From contig CM059431.1 of assembly GCA_030390025.1 (NCBI GenBank), forward strand, positions 100,318,001 through 100,382,000: DNA of 64,000 bases. Reading direction: 5' to 3'. The notes beneath the pieces were generated by a model. The model searched no databases and was not told the origin of the DNA. It saw only the letters and a list, made by a program, of their open reading frames with translations. This document shows, piece after piece, positions 50,330 to 62,374 of this stretch (its first letter is position 1; the number at the start of each line of letters is the position of its first letter). Source of the DNA: Squalus acanthias (taxonomy: Eukaryota). Both the position numbers and the translations under genes were made by a program.

Positions 50330-50460
50330 GGACCAAGCGCTGGGGCTGCAGCGCTAGCGCCGGGTTTGATTGACAGCTGAGGGTTCCCGACTGCTGGCGC
50401 ATGCGCACCCGAACCGGAAGTGAGTGTCCTGCACCCAAATGCTTCCCCCGCCCCACTCGC
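50330..50460 (+). promoter_or_regulatory. TMTC4: Probable TMTC4 CpG-rich promoter (NRF1, ETS/GABP, GC-box motifs)
   Basis: GCGCATGCGC 50397-50406, CCGGAAGTG 50414-50422, CCCCGCCCC 50446-50454 in unique CpG-rich sequence 3.3 kb upstream of the first coding exon. Confidence 0.65.
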
Positions 50461-50523
50461 CGGCCGGCCGGTGTTCACCTTTGGGTTCCGCCATGCGGAC
50501 AGACGATTCCGGGGCCTGCGGAG
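50420..50523 (+). other. TMTC4: Probable TMTC4 first exon (start approximate) with upstream ATG at 50493
   Basis: CCGCCATG Kozak context; donor GAG|GTAAAG at 50523/50524 at the CpG-to-AT transition. Confidence 0.55.
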
Positions 50524-50689
50524 GTAAAGAAATAAATAAAATAAAATAAAAACTAAAAATAAAGTAGATTTCCAAGGTTTTTTTTTCGTTCTGCAAGGGT
50601 GAGGATCAGACGTGGCTTCTCCTGCAGGTCTGAAAAAGAGGTTGTGTGTGTGTGGGGGGTTAATTCAAATATAAAAGGGGTTGATTTCC

Positions 50690-50935
50690 AATTTAAAGGA
50701 ATTATTTCCAATCTAAAGGGGTTATTTCCAATCCAGAGGGGTTATTTCCATTCTAAAGGGGTTATTTCCAATCTAAAGGGGTTATTTCCAATCCAGAAGG
50801 TTTATTTCCAATCCAGAGGGATTATTTCCAATCTAAAGGGATTATTTCCAATCCAAAAGGGTTATTTCCAATCTAAAGGGATTATTTCCAATCCAAAAGG
50901 GTTATTTCCAATCCAAAGGGGTTATTTCCAATGAA
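50690..50935. repeat. 20-bp minisatellite, ~12 units
   Basis: Unit GGTTATTTCCAATCTAAAGG. Confidence 0.9.
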
Positions 50936-50994
50936 AAGGCTGGAAATTAAATAGCAGTAATAGGATCTGATAACGTGCTGCCCTTGCACTAAAA

Positions 50995-52147
50995 GGACTT
51001 GCCTTTCTATAGCGCCTTTCACATCCTCGGAACGTTCCAAAGTGCTTTACAGCCAATGAAGTACTTTTGAAGAGTCATCACTGTTGCAATGTGGTTAACG
51101 CGGCAGCCAATTTACGCACAGCAAGCTCCCACACACAGCAATGTGATAAATGACCAGATAATCTGTTTTAGTGATGTTGATTGAGGGATAAATATTGGCC
51201 AGGACACCGGGGAGAAATCCCCTGCTCTTCTTCGAATAGTGGCCGTGGGATATTTAACGTCCACCTGAGAGAGTAGACGGGACCTCGGTTTAATGTCTTA
51301 TCCGAAAGACGGCACCCCCGACAGTGCAGCGCTCCCTCAGTACTGCCCCTCCGACAGTGCGGCGGTCCCTCAGTACTGTCCCCCGATAGTGCAGCGCTCC
51401 CTCAGTACTGCCCCTCTGACATTGCAGCGCTCCCTCAGTACTGCCCCTCCGACAGTGTGGCACTCCCTCAGTACTGCCTCTCTGACAGTGCAGCACTCCC
51501 TCAGTACTGCCCCTCCGATAGTGCAGCGCTCCCTCAGTACTGTTCCTCCAACAGTGCGGCGCTCCCTCAGTACTGCCCCTCCGACAGTGCGGCGCTCCCT
51601 CAGTACTGCCCCTCTGACAGTGCAGCGCTCCCTCAGTACTGTTCCTCCGACAGTGCGGCGCTCCCTCAGTACTGTTCCTCTGACAGTGCGGCAATCCCTC
51701 AGTACTGCCCCTCTGACAGTGCAACACTCCCTCAGTACTGCCCCTCCGACAGTGCAGCGCTCCCTCAGTACTACCCCTCCGACAGTGCGGCGCTCCCTCA
51801 GTACTGTTCCTCCGACAGTGCGGCGCTCCCTCAGTACTGTTCCTCCGACAGTGCGGCGCTCCCTCAGTACTGTTCCTCCGACAGTGTGGCGCTCCCTCTG
51901 CACTGCCCCATCGACAGTGCGGCGCTCCCTCAGTACTGCCCCTCCGACAGTGCGGCGCTCCCTCAGTACTGCCCCTCCGACAGTGCGGCGCTCCCTCAGT
52001 ACTGCCCCTCCAACAGTGCAGCGTTCCCTCAGTACTGCACTGGGAGTGTCAGCCTAGATTTTGTGCTCAAGTCTCTAGAGTGGGACTTGAAGCCACAAGC
52101 AGCTTCTGACTCAGAGGCGAGCGTGCTGCCCACTGCGATAAGGCTGA
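50995..52147 (-). mobile_element. Deu-SINE with ~22-unit 33-bp array (51315-52041) in TMTC4 intron 1
   Basis: SINE tail, core and head flank the array; private variant GTACTGTTCCTCC. Confidence 0.85.
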
Positions 52148-52704
52148 GGAATAATCAACGCAGTGCCATTCCCTTTCTGTATTCTGAGATTGATAGATTT
52201 TTGTTAGCTGTTAGAATGTTTTAACATGTATTAAAATATGAATCTGTCCTAGCAGTCCTTTCTTTTAGCATTTTTAGTGGTTGAGCGAACGTGAGAGAAA
52301 GGGAACTTAATCCAGTCTCTATATTATGAAGAACAGGTCTAGGGAACGGGATAAACATTTGGCCTAAGCATTTACTGTACTTTGAACAAAGCTGAAAAGA
52401 TTATAAACTGCAGCCTCAGCTAAACGCGCAAACTCTGTATTACGTAAGCGCAGGCCAAGGTTGTATTATAGTATAAGAATAGAACCAGGTCCCCTTTAAC
52501 TTCAGGGCTGTTTGACCGGGTGGGGCAGTTTGAGGCGGGATGTCACGTGATGAAACCTCCAGGAATGCGTCCAATCAGAGTTGGCGACGCTGCACTTCCG
52601 TGAGAATACGAAAGGCGTAAACATTTAACAAGAAAGCTTCAAATGACCATACTTTCACTGGTCAATTTCTATATGGAATCATTATTTATTTGTGCTTTTT
52701 TTAA

Positions 52705-53257
52705 TTCATTCACGGGATGTGGGCGACGCTGGCAAGGCCAGCATTTATTGCCCATCCCTAATTGTCCCTTGAGAAGGTGGTGGTGAGCCACCTTCTTGAA
52801 CCGCTGCAGTCCGTGTGGTGAAGGTGCTCCCACAGTGCTGTTAGGGAGGGAATTCCAGCATTTTGACCCAGCGGCGATGAAGGATCGACGATATACTTCA
52901 TAGTCAGGATGGTGTGTGACTTGGAGGGGAACTTGGAGGTGGTGGTGTTCCCATGCGCCTGCTGCCCTTGTCCTTCTAGGTGGAAGAGGTCGCGGGTTTG
53001 GGAGGTGCTGCCGAAGAAGCCTTGGTGAGTTGCTGCAGTGCATCTTGTAGATGGTACACACTGCAGCCACGGTGCGCCGGTGGTGGAGGGAGTGAATGTT
53101 TAAAGTGGTGGATGGGGTGCCAATCAAGCGAGCTGCTTTGTCCTGGATGATGTCGAGCTTCTTGAGTGTTGTTGGAGCTGCACTCATCCAGGCAAGTGGA
53201 GAGTATTCCATCACACTCCTTACTTGTGCCTTGTAGATGGTGGAAAGGCTTTGGGGA
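52705..53257 (-). mobile_element. CR1/L2-group LINE 3' fragment (same family as 4058)
   Basis: MEYSPLAWMSAAPTTLKKLDIIQDKAARLIG...WNSLP. Confidence 0.8.
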
Positions 53258-53853
53258 GCCTAATGTGCATCGTGTTAAAATACTGAATTGGATTAAGCCA
53301 AAAGGTAAATCTCCCACTTGCGTGCTCCTGGGGTAGCTTTTGGGTTGTCAAGCCTCCAGGATTGCCCTGAAGTCTCCAGGAATTGAAGATTCATCTCCAG
53401 GACACGGCTGGGAGCAAAAACCCGGGAGAAAAATCATATAAAAAACAAAAAAAAAATTTTCATTTTCTTCGAACATTTTCATTTATTAGATATAAAAGTA
53501 TTGGAGATTGGGGGGAATGAAGGCTGTTTGTTTGACTGACGGTCAGGCAGCGATGAGTCTGTTGGCTTTCCAATTGGCCGTGGGGAAGGTGGTGCGTCGT
53601 GATGATTGACCAATGGCGGCAGCGTGAGGGGTCGGGGCGGGGCGATTGGCCAGGAATATGCCCAAACAGAGCGGGCAGCCCTGCATCCACCAGGAGCGCC
53701 CATCTGTTAAACCAGGTATGTAGCCCATGACTTTCTGTCCCGACAAGATGACATTCCTGAAGTTTCCGGAGATGTTCATCCCGCTCTTGTGCTCCTGTTC
53801 CTAGGTTATGGATAGCAGAATGCCAGAGCCACGAAGGTGGTGTAAGGTTTAGC

Positions 53854-54018
53854 ATGATGCTGCAGTCTGAATGGAGTTTGGACAACGCTCTACCAGTGCC
53901 ACAGCTCCCTCACTGCTGGGCAAAGGCTATTGTTGGCGGGCTGGCTCTACTGTGTTTTGCCAACAGTTACGATGGAGACTTTGTCTTTGATGATTCAGAG
54001 GCTATTATCAATAACAAG
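53854..54018 (+). CDS. TMTC4: TMTC4 (protein O-mannosyltransferase) coding exon 1
   Basis: MMLQSEW...WAKAIVGGLALLCFANSYDGDFVFDDSEAIINNK; donor AAG|GTATGT; acceptor at 53804/53805. Confidence 0.93.
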
Positions 54019-54559
54019 GTATGTGGCTTTGCATTTAAAATCCAGGCGTTTAATACAAATTAACTATTGTTGGATTCTTTGACGAAAGTGGTTAAGGTAA
54101 AGAGCTGTTAGTCTTAAATTTCCAGTGATTTTACTCCAGTCCCACTACATAAGAGATTTTGTGCTAAATTTGTATCACACTTTGGTTAGGCCATTCTTGG
54201 AGCACTGTGCACAGTTCTGGTCGCCGTATTATAAAATGGATATAGAGACACTGGAGAAGGTGCAAAAATAGATTCACAAGGCCGATCCCAGAACTGCGAG
54301 GTTATACCCATCAGGAAATACTGAACAGGCTGGGGCTCTTTTCTCTTGAGTGGGCGTGGTCAGTTTTGTGGGCGGGGACAGGTTCGGACGAAGGGTCTGT
54401 TGAACGGACTTAAAAGGTCGTGCGGATACTCTGGCATAACGCAGTTATGGACGCTTCAAATTCCGCTTCTTTTGCGTTGTGCGATTTTTTGATTCCGCCC
54501 AGATTGAGCTGTTAGTGGAAATCATGTGGAAATTCCAGGCTACGATGTTAAAAGGGAAG

Positions 54560-55145
54560 TTCATGTTAATTGGAACCTTGGCTCGACCACACTTGGAGCA
54601 CTGCGTACAATTCCGGTCGCCATATTATAAAAAGGATATAGAGGCACTGGAGAGGGTGCAGAGAAGATTCACAAGGATGACACAAGAACTGAGAGGGTAT
54701 ACCTATCAGGAAAGGATGAACAGGCTGGGTTTCTTTTCTCTAGAAAAGAGAAGGCTTAGTGGGTGACCTAATAGAGGTCTTTAAAATCGTGAATGGTTTT
54801 GATAGAGTAGACACAGAGAGAGTGTTTCCACTTGTGGGGAAGAGCAAAACTAGAGGCCATCAATATAAGATAGTCACTAATAAATCCAATAGGGAATTCA
54901 GGAGAAACTTCTTTACCCAGAGAGTGGTGAGAATGTGGAACTCGCTCCCACAGGAAGTGGTTGAGGCGAATAGCAGAGATGCATTTAAGGGGAAGCTAGA
55001 TAAGCACACGAGGGAGAAAGGAATAGAAGGATACGCTGATAGGGTGAGATGAGAAAGGATGGGAGCAGGCTCGAGCGAAGCATAAACGTCGGCTTTGACT
55101 GGTTGGGCTGAACGGCCTGTTTGTGTGCCGTATATCCGATGTAAT
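54560..55145 (+). mobile_element. CR1 3' fragment (another at ~54160-54350), intronic
   Basis: LARPHLEHCVQF...GDLIEVFKIVNGFDRVD...WNSLP. Confidence 0.85.
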
Positions 55146-56408
55146 TGCGTAGAAGTGCCCGTGTAATTGAGGAAGACGCTCTCGCAGTCACTTGATGCGT
55201 TTCACCTGTAGGACCTGGGCTCAGCGACAGCCCAGACCAGTCGGATGAACATCCTTTCCTTTCTGATGGCTGTAAGAGTGATAGGTGGCGGTGTAGTGCT
55301 TATGTTACTGGGCTAGTAATCCGGGGCTTACCGTGAAGCTGTTGGATTGTCGTGAAAACCCAACTGGTGTCTTTGAGGGAGAGCCGGCACAGGCACGATG
55401 GGCCGAATGGCTTCCCTCTGTACTGTACGATGCCGACCTGTGGCTGGGGATTTTTATTTGCAAGCAAACTTGTAGCGTCTCATTTCCATTTTTTTTTAAT
55501 TTAAAGCTGCACCTTAAATATTATTTTAGCCTCTTCAGTAAGCATTGATTTATCGCTGAGCCGACACAGGTACAATGGACCGAATGGCCTCCTTCTGTGC
55601 TGTATGATCCGAAGAAAAACGCTAACAGGCGATGGAACAGTACAGTGGTATAGCAAATGATATGAGCAGAAGTTCTCCATTATGTTTAGAAGTAAATCAA
55701 TCTATTCAGAAATATGGTTTGAAAATTAAATTGATAACCAGTATTTGAATATTATTTTAATAGCCCTATTACATGATCTTTTCAATAAACGAAAGTATCT
55801 GTGCAAAAATTTGCTTCTGAATTATTTAAATTGGCTTATCTCGCAATCAGTATTTGTAATATCAGCTGGGTAATAATTCTAAAGATTTAATCTGGAGTCA
55901 GTCAAAGCAAATATTAAAATATTGCGCAGGCCTACATGTGTGAAACTAATTATGCTAGCAGGGCTCCTTGAAAGAGATCAATAACAACTTGCTTTTATAC
56001 AGCGCTTTTAACGTAGTAAAATGTTCCAAGGTGCTTCACAGAAGTGTTATCAGACACAATTTGAGACTGAGCCACATGAGATATTAGGACAGGTGACCAA
56101 AAGCTTGGTCAAAGAGGTAGGTTTTAAGGAGCGTCTTAAAGGAGTAGAGAGAGGTCGAGAGGCGGAGAGGTTTAGGGAAGGAATTCTAGAGCTTGGGGCC
56201 GAGGCAACAGAAGGCACGGCCGCCAATGGTGGAGCGATGAAAATCGGGGGGGATGTGCAAAAGGCCAGAATTAGAGGAGCGCAGAGATCACGGAGGGTTG
56301 TAGGGCTGGAGGAGGTTAAGCCATGGAGTGACTGTGGTGAAAAAGAAAGAAAAGCATCTATTTAAGATGGGTGAAATCACATCATTTAACTTTTGGCGTT
56401 TCCTTCAG

Positions 56409-56524
56409 GACCTTAGACCAGAGACATCACTTAGCAACATTTGGGAGCATGACTTCTGGGGCACGAACCTTATTAGCAACACCAGTCATAAATCCTATCG
56501 ACCATTCACGGTACTTACATTCAG
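56409..56524 (+). CDS. TMTC4: TMTC4 coding exon 2
   Basis: DLRPETSLSNIWEHDFWGTNLISNTSHKSYRPFTVLTF(R); CAG| ... |GTAAGA; phase 0/2. Confidence 0.96.
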
Positions 56525-57914
56525 GTAAGATTGTGTAATATTGTGAAAGGGTTTGGTTCACTTTTATACTGTAATGTTTGCATGTTATACACACCATGTG
56601 TAAACGGGTATATATCGCCTGCTATCAGGCAAGCACGACTTTATTTTAAGGCGTTGTTTCTTTAGCTTTCTGTAGATTTAAATTGATAGAAATTAATACG
56701 TTACCTCTCGCATGAATTCTTGTGTTCGCAAAACTTAACTGTTATAATTTACATTTTTAGTATCGGATTAACGGAGTATGGCTAAAAGTACAGACATCCT
56801 CAAGACATTCGCAGGCAATCACTTACCCTTTTTTAAGTGCGGTCACTGTATATAGGTAAATGCAGCAGTCAATCTGCACACGGCAAGCTTGCACAAACAT
56901 CAAATTTTTAAAAATGACCATTTAAAGAGCACGTGTAGTTTGCTGTTTGCCAACAAATCATTAGGATTACTTGATTTTATTAAAATTATTTTCTGACTAA
57001 TGTATGGTTGTTGCATCTTTGGGTTATCAGCTCAGCAAGCAAAACTAAATTAAGCAAACCTCTTATTTGCAATGTAAACAGGCATGAAGCTATCATTCTG
57101 GTCGTACTGTGCATAATCTCGGTGTAGTTATAGTGCAGAGAGTGGAATAAATAAGGTAATTCTCGTGGTAGCATGTGAAGGCTCTCATTCTAATAGTGTT
57201 GGTAAAAGCATAGTTTCTTGTACTGTACAGAAGGCCATTTTTGTGATAGTGTTAGGTATAATTATAGAATATTGTCATATATCCCTATTGCCCTTCTGTG
57301 AAGATATTACAGGAGATTGTCATATATCTCTGTTGCCCTTATGTGGGGTATTATAAGATATCATCATACAGCTCTATTGCCCTTATGTGGGAGTATTATA
57401 GGATATTGCCATGTATCCTTTCTCTCTAATACAAGTTCGAGGACTAGGGAATCACTGAAACATCTGGTTAATACACTTTATTAAATCAAGTCAATGAGAT
57501 ACTACAACATAACCCCTTGCATGCAGTGTATATGAGATACCAATTAGACTCACGTACCCAGGACTCCTCAGGAGGTCACAAGCATGTCGTCTTGACTGCT
57601 CAGCGAGACTAGATCAGAAGTCCTTGGGTGGACCAGTGTGTTGTCCCACCACATTGGACAAATGTGGGTATCGTGTGTCATTACGTTCTGTGTATGCTGT
57701 ACAACCCTCTTGCTCAATATTATATAATTCTATATAATGACGACTGGCTTTATCCTATTTAATAATCTATCCGGTGCCTATCCTTACAGGTAGTGTCTTT
57801 ATAACTTGTCATTCCTGTGGTAACATCTATCTGCTGTAGTTCTGTTAGAAGTTGATATAAATGCTTAGTCGCAGTGCAAGAATTAAGTACGTAATGTAAA
57901 ATCTTACGGCAGCA

Positions 57915-58642
57915 CAACAACAACTTGTATTTATATAGCGCCTTTAATGTAGTAAAACATCCTACGACGCTTCACAAGAGCGATTATCAAACAAAATTTG
58001 ACACTGAGCCCCATAAGGAGAAATTAGGGCAGGTGACCAAAAGCTTGGTCAAAGAGGTAGGTTTTAAGGAGCGTCTGAAAGGAGGAGAGAGCGAGATAGA
58101 GAGGCGGAGAGTTTTAGGGAGGGAATTCCAGAGCTTAGGGCCCAGGCAACAGAAGGCACGGCCACCAATGGTGAAGCAATTTAAAATCGGGGATGCTCAA
58201 GAGGCCAGAATTGGAGGAATGCAGAGATCTCTGAGGGGTGTGAGGCTGGAGGAGGTTACAGAGATAGGGAGGGGCGAGGGCCATGGAGGGATTTGAAAAC
58301 AAGGATGAGAATTTTAAACTGGAGACGTTGCTTAACCAGGAGCCAATGTAGGTCAGCGAGCACAGGGGTGATGGGTGAACAGGACTGGGTGCGAGTTAGG
58401 ACACGGGCAGCCGAGTTTTGGATGACCTCATGTTTACGTAGGGTAGAATGTGGGAGGCCGGCCAGGAGTGCATTGGAATAGTCAAGTCTAGAGGTAACAA
58501 AGGCATGGATGAGGGTTTCAGCAGCGGATGAGCTGAGGCAGGGGCGGAGACGGGCGATGTTACAGAGGTGGAAATAGGTGGTCTTTGTTATGCTGCGGCT
58601 ATGTGGTCAGAAGCTCAGCTCAGGGTCAAATATGACACCAAG
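57915..58642 (-). mobile_element. L2 LINE 3' fragment, intronic
   Basis: Aligns with L2 at 42510-43270. Confidence 0.85.
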
Positions 58643-58725
58643 GTAAGCACATCGTAAAGTACAATATTTGTATACATTAAGCTTTTGTTACATTTTCGAT
58701 CTGTCTGTATTTTCTTCCCTCTTAG

Positions 58726-58942
58726 GTTGAACCACCTGATAGCTGGAGGGTTGCATCCGGTTGGGTTTCACCTGGTCAACATTGCACTTCACAGTGTGAT
58801 TTCTGTAATGACGCTGGATGTGTTCTCCGTACTTATCGGTGGTCTAGCACATGATGAGAAAGGGAAACTCCTCAATATGGCACCAAAGGCATCATTTCTA
58901 GCTGCAGTGCTCTTTGCTGTTCATCCTGTGCACACGGAGAGT
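58726..58942 (+). CDS. TMTC4: TMTC4 coding exon 3
   Basis: LNHLIAGGLHPVGFHLVNIALHSVIS...FLAAVLFAVHPVHTES; TAG| ... |GTAAGT; phase 2/0. Confidence 0.96.
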
Positions 58943-59159
58943 GTAAGTAAATTATTTCAGGGCAGGTTTAACACTGCTTGTGAGTCTGTGGGAGGTCACT
59001 GCGTAGCGTCCTTTTAAATCAACACTCCAGTATAATGTGTTTCTGTCCACCTTTAGTGTTGCACTTTTTATATTTCAGGCAAGTAGTTCGCTGTTCTAAA
59101 TAAAAGTAGCATCTAAACCTCCTATCCTGTCCAATGGAAATGATGATTTTCCATTTACA

Positions 59160-59870
59160 ACAACTACTTGCATTTATATAGCACCTTTAACGTAGTAAAA
59201 TGTCCCAAGGCGCTTCACAGGAGCGATTATCAAACAAAATTTGACACCGAGCCACATGAGATATTAGGGCAGGTGACCAAAAGCTTGGTCAAAGTGGTAG
59301 ATTTTAAGGAGCAGTTTGAAGGAGGAGAGAGAAGTGGAGATGTTTAGGGAGGGCCTGGGCAGCTGAAGGCACGGCCGCCAATGGCGGAGCGATTAAAATC
59401 GGGGATGCGCAAGAGGCCAGAATTGGAGGAGCGCAGAGATCTCGGGGGGGGGGGGGGGGGGGGGTGGTGGGGGGGGGGAACGTTGTAGGGCTGAAGGAGG
59501 TTACAGAGATAGGGAGGGGCGAGGCCATGGAGGGACTTGAACACAAGGATGAGCATTTTAAAATCGAGGCATTGCCGACCGGGAGCCAGTGGAGAATGGC
59601 GAGCACAGAGGGTGATGGGCGAACGGGACTTGGTGCGAGTTAGAACATAGAAACATAGAAAAACAGGAGCAGGAGTAGGCCATTCAGCCTTTCGAGCCTG
59701 CTCCGCCATTCAATATGATCATGGCTGATCCTCTATCTCAATACCACATTCCCGCTCTCTCCCCATACCCCTTGATGCCTTTTGTGTCTAGAAAGTTAGG
59801 ACACGGGCAGCCGAGTTTTGGATGAGCTGGAGTTTACGGAGGGTGGAAGATGGGAGGCCGGCCAGGAGTG
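59160..59870 (-). mobile_element. L2 fragment with nested CR1 tail (~59645-59793)
   Basis: L2 interrupted at a duplicated AGTTAG by a CR1 3' end. Confidence 0.8.
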
Positions 59871-59941
59871 TATGAGCTACAAAAATCACCTTACAACGGT
59901 AATATTGGCACTCACTGATCTTTTTGATTCTTGTCTTCCAG

Positions 59942-60029
59942 GTTGCTGGGATTGTTGGCAGAGCAGACCTCCTCTGCGCTCTGTTCTTTCTATTGTCCTT
60001 CACCAGCTACTGTAAAGCCTTCAGAAAAT
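59942..60029 (+). CDS. TMTC4: TMTC4 coding exon 4
   Basis: VAGIVGRADLLCALFFLLSFTSYCKAFRK; CAG| ... |GTAAGT; phase 0/1. Not in the ORF track. Confidence 0.96.
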
Positions 60030-60411
60030 GTAAGTACAATTGTTGAGAGACTCTCTGTGTGTTTCTAGAATATGTGCGCCACACATCAACAGATCACCTA
60101 TTTGCATGCAGCGTTCGCGAAGTAGACAGTGATGGTAATTTTAACCTAACGCCAGGCAGGAAATCCATGGGATCGGTTTTGCACCCCGCTCGATATTAAT
60201 ATCCGTTGACTTGATCGGAGAGTAAGATCAGGCTGAGTGTAAAACCAGCGTTGCAACACTTTACTGTGTTAAAGACGCTATATTAATGCCTGTTGTTTGT
60301 TATAATCGTGCTGCGGTAGTTGTATCAGGGAAGGTTGTTACTTTTGCAGTGGTGTTAACTACTAAATTGGATTTAAGGCCAATTATTGCACTGATTTTTT
60401 TTTCTTTCCAG

Positions 60412-60509
60412 ACGATACCGGAGGAGAGTTCTCCCTTCACTGGATCCTTGCCAGCTTGTTGCTTTGTGCTGTGGCGATGCTCTGCAAGGAACAGGGTATC
60501 ACAGTCCTG
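60412..60509 (+). CDS. TMTC4: TMTC4 coding exon 5
   Basis: (Y)DTGGEFSLHWILASLLLCAVAMLCKEQGITVL; CAG| ... |GTGAGA; phase 1/0. Confidence 0.95.
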
Positions 60510-60647
60510 GTGAGAGAGTAGCACCGTTATTGAGGTGGAACAGTACATGTTTGTGCTTTTGCTGGTCTTTGGTCCGTTTAAGTTGCTGTTCAGACTTTAC
60601 TGACTGAAAGCCGGTTTATTTACGGTCCTGTTTGTGTGCACTCACAG

Positions 60648-60740
60648 GGTGTGAATACAGTGTTCGATGCGCTTGTGATCTGCAAAATGGATATCCTACA
60701 ACTCGGCACGGCATTGTTACGAAGAGACAAAACGTCCGAG
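60648..60740 (+). CDS. TMTC4: TMTC4 coding exon 6
   Basis: GVNTVFDALVICKMDILQLGTALLRRDKTSE; CAG| ... |GTAAAA; phase 0/0. Confidence 0.92.
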
Positions 60741-60787
60741 GTAAAACTACGGCTTTAGAATATTTCACCCACGGACTTTGTTTCCTA

Positions 60788-61425
60788 TATGACCCTGAGC
60801 TGAGCTTCCGACCACATATCCACAGCATAACTAAGACCGCCTATTTCCACCTCTGGAACATCGCCCGTCTCCGCCCCTGCCTCAGCTCATCCGCTGCTGA
60901 AACCCTCATCCAAGCCTTTGTTATCTCTAGACTTGACTATTCCAATGCACTCCTGGCTGGCCTCCCACATTCCACCTTACGTAAACTTCAGCTCATCCAC
61001 AACTCTGCTGCCCGTGTCCCACCAAGTCCCGTTCACCCATCACCCCCTGTGCTCACTGACCTGCATTGGCTCCCTGTCCGGCAACGCCTCGATTTAAAAA
61101 TTCTCATCCTTGTGTTCAAATCCCTCCGTGGCCTCGCTCCCTCCCTATCTGTGGAACAACCTCCAGCCCTTCAACCCTCCGAGATCTCTGCGCTCCTCCA
61201 ATTCTGGCCTCTTGTGCATCCCTGATTTTCATCGCTCCACCATTGGCGGCCGTGCCTTCAGCTGCCTGGGCCCCAAGCTCTGGAATTCCCTCCCTAAACC
61301 CCTCCGCCTCTCTACCCTCCTTTAAGACGCTCCTTAAAACCTACTTCTTCGACCAAACTTTTGGTCACCTGCCCTAATATCTCCTTATGTGGCTCGGTGT
61401 CAAATTTTGTTTGATAATGCTCCTG
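60788..61425 (+). mobile_element. L2 LINE 3' fragment, intronic
   Basis: DPELSFRPHIHSITKTAYFHLWNIARLRPCL...LHWLPVRQRLDLKIL. Confidence 0.9.
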
Positions 61426-61691
61426 CCCGTTGTTGTTATTATGTAAGGTTTTATTTTCCTTCCTCCCTCCTTTCAGGTTCTCTCTTTTTCTCCCCCTTCC
61501 AACCCCACGTACATTCCATTCTTTACTGATCTGGTCTCTGGCCTCTGCTATTGTTTTCTGACGATTGGGAAATGTGTAATGTTTCTCTGAGAGTTCCGGC
61601 TGTTCCATCCCTCCCTCCACTGGTTTTTGGGGATATTTTGAAGTATTTTGCGGCGCAGGTTTCTTTCACCGTCTTTTTGCCTGCTCCTCAG

Positions 61692-61852
61692 AAAAATCTG
61701 ACGTGGAAAAGAGGATTTTTTACCCGAATTCTGCTGGTGGCGTCTGGTGGAATAGCCCTGCTGTACGGCCGCTGGAGGATCATGGGCTCGGGGCCCCCGG
61801 CTTTCACTGAAGTAGATAATCCAGCATCGTTTGCAGACAGCGTTTTGTGCGA
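61692..61852 (+). CDS. TMTC4: TMTC4 coding exon 7 (1 nt short near its 3' end as assembled)
   Basis: KNLTWKRGFFTRILLVASGGIALLYGRWRIMGSGPPAFTEVDNPASFADSV...; CAG| ... CGA|GTAAGC; 161 nt, but the next exon needs phase 0. Confidence 0.92.
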
Positions 61853-62374
61853 GTAAGCATGCGACGCTCCTTTTGGAAAAGGAAGCGCTGTGCATTTTTG
61901 TAATCCGGAACAAATGGTTCACAAACCAACGCCTTTAAATTTTAAGAATGTTTATGTTGTGAATATAGATCTATAGTGTATATAGCTATATTACATGGAC
62001 TCAGTTAGCCTTCTAAACAGGCAATAATAATCTCCTTATCAAACTTGGTTAATCTTCCCACTATTCCCTCTTACAACAGTTCTGTATTCTCTTATAGAAT
62101 TACCCAGAATGTACAGCACAGAAACAGGCCATTCGGCCCAACTGGTCCGTGCCGGTGTTTCTGCTCCACACGAGCCTCCTCCCACCTCTCTTCATCTCAC
62201 CCCATCAGCGTAACTTTCTATTCCTTTCTCCCTCATGTGTTTATCTAGCTTCCCCTTAAAAGCATCTTATATCTTCTATATATATTTGTTACTTTTAACA
62301 AGAATACATTTCCTAACCCCTGTGTCCAGTATTTTTACATTTCTCGATTTGGGGAATGATATCTATATTAAGAA

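Noticed and set aside
57255..57420. Degenerate ~43-bp tandem repeat in a TMTC4 intron
   Set aside because: Three to four decayed copies with no further structure.
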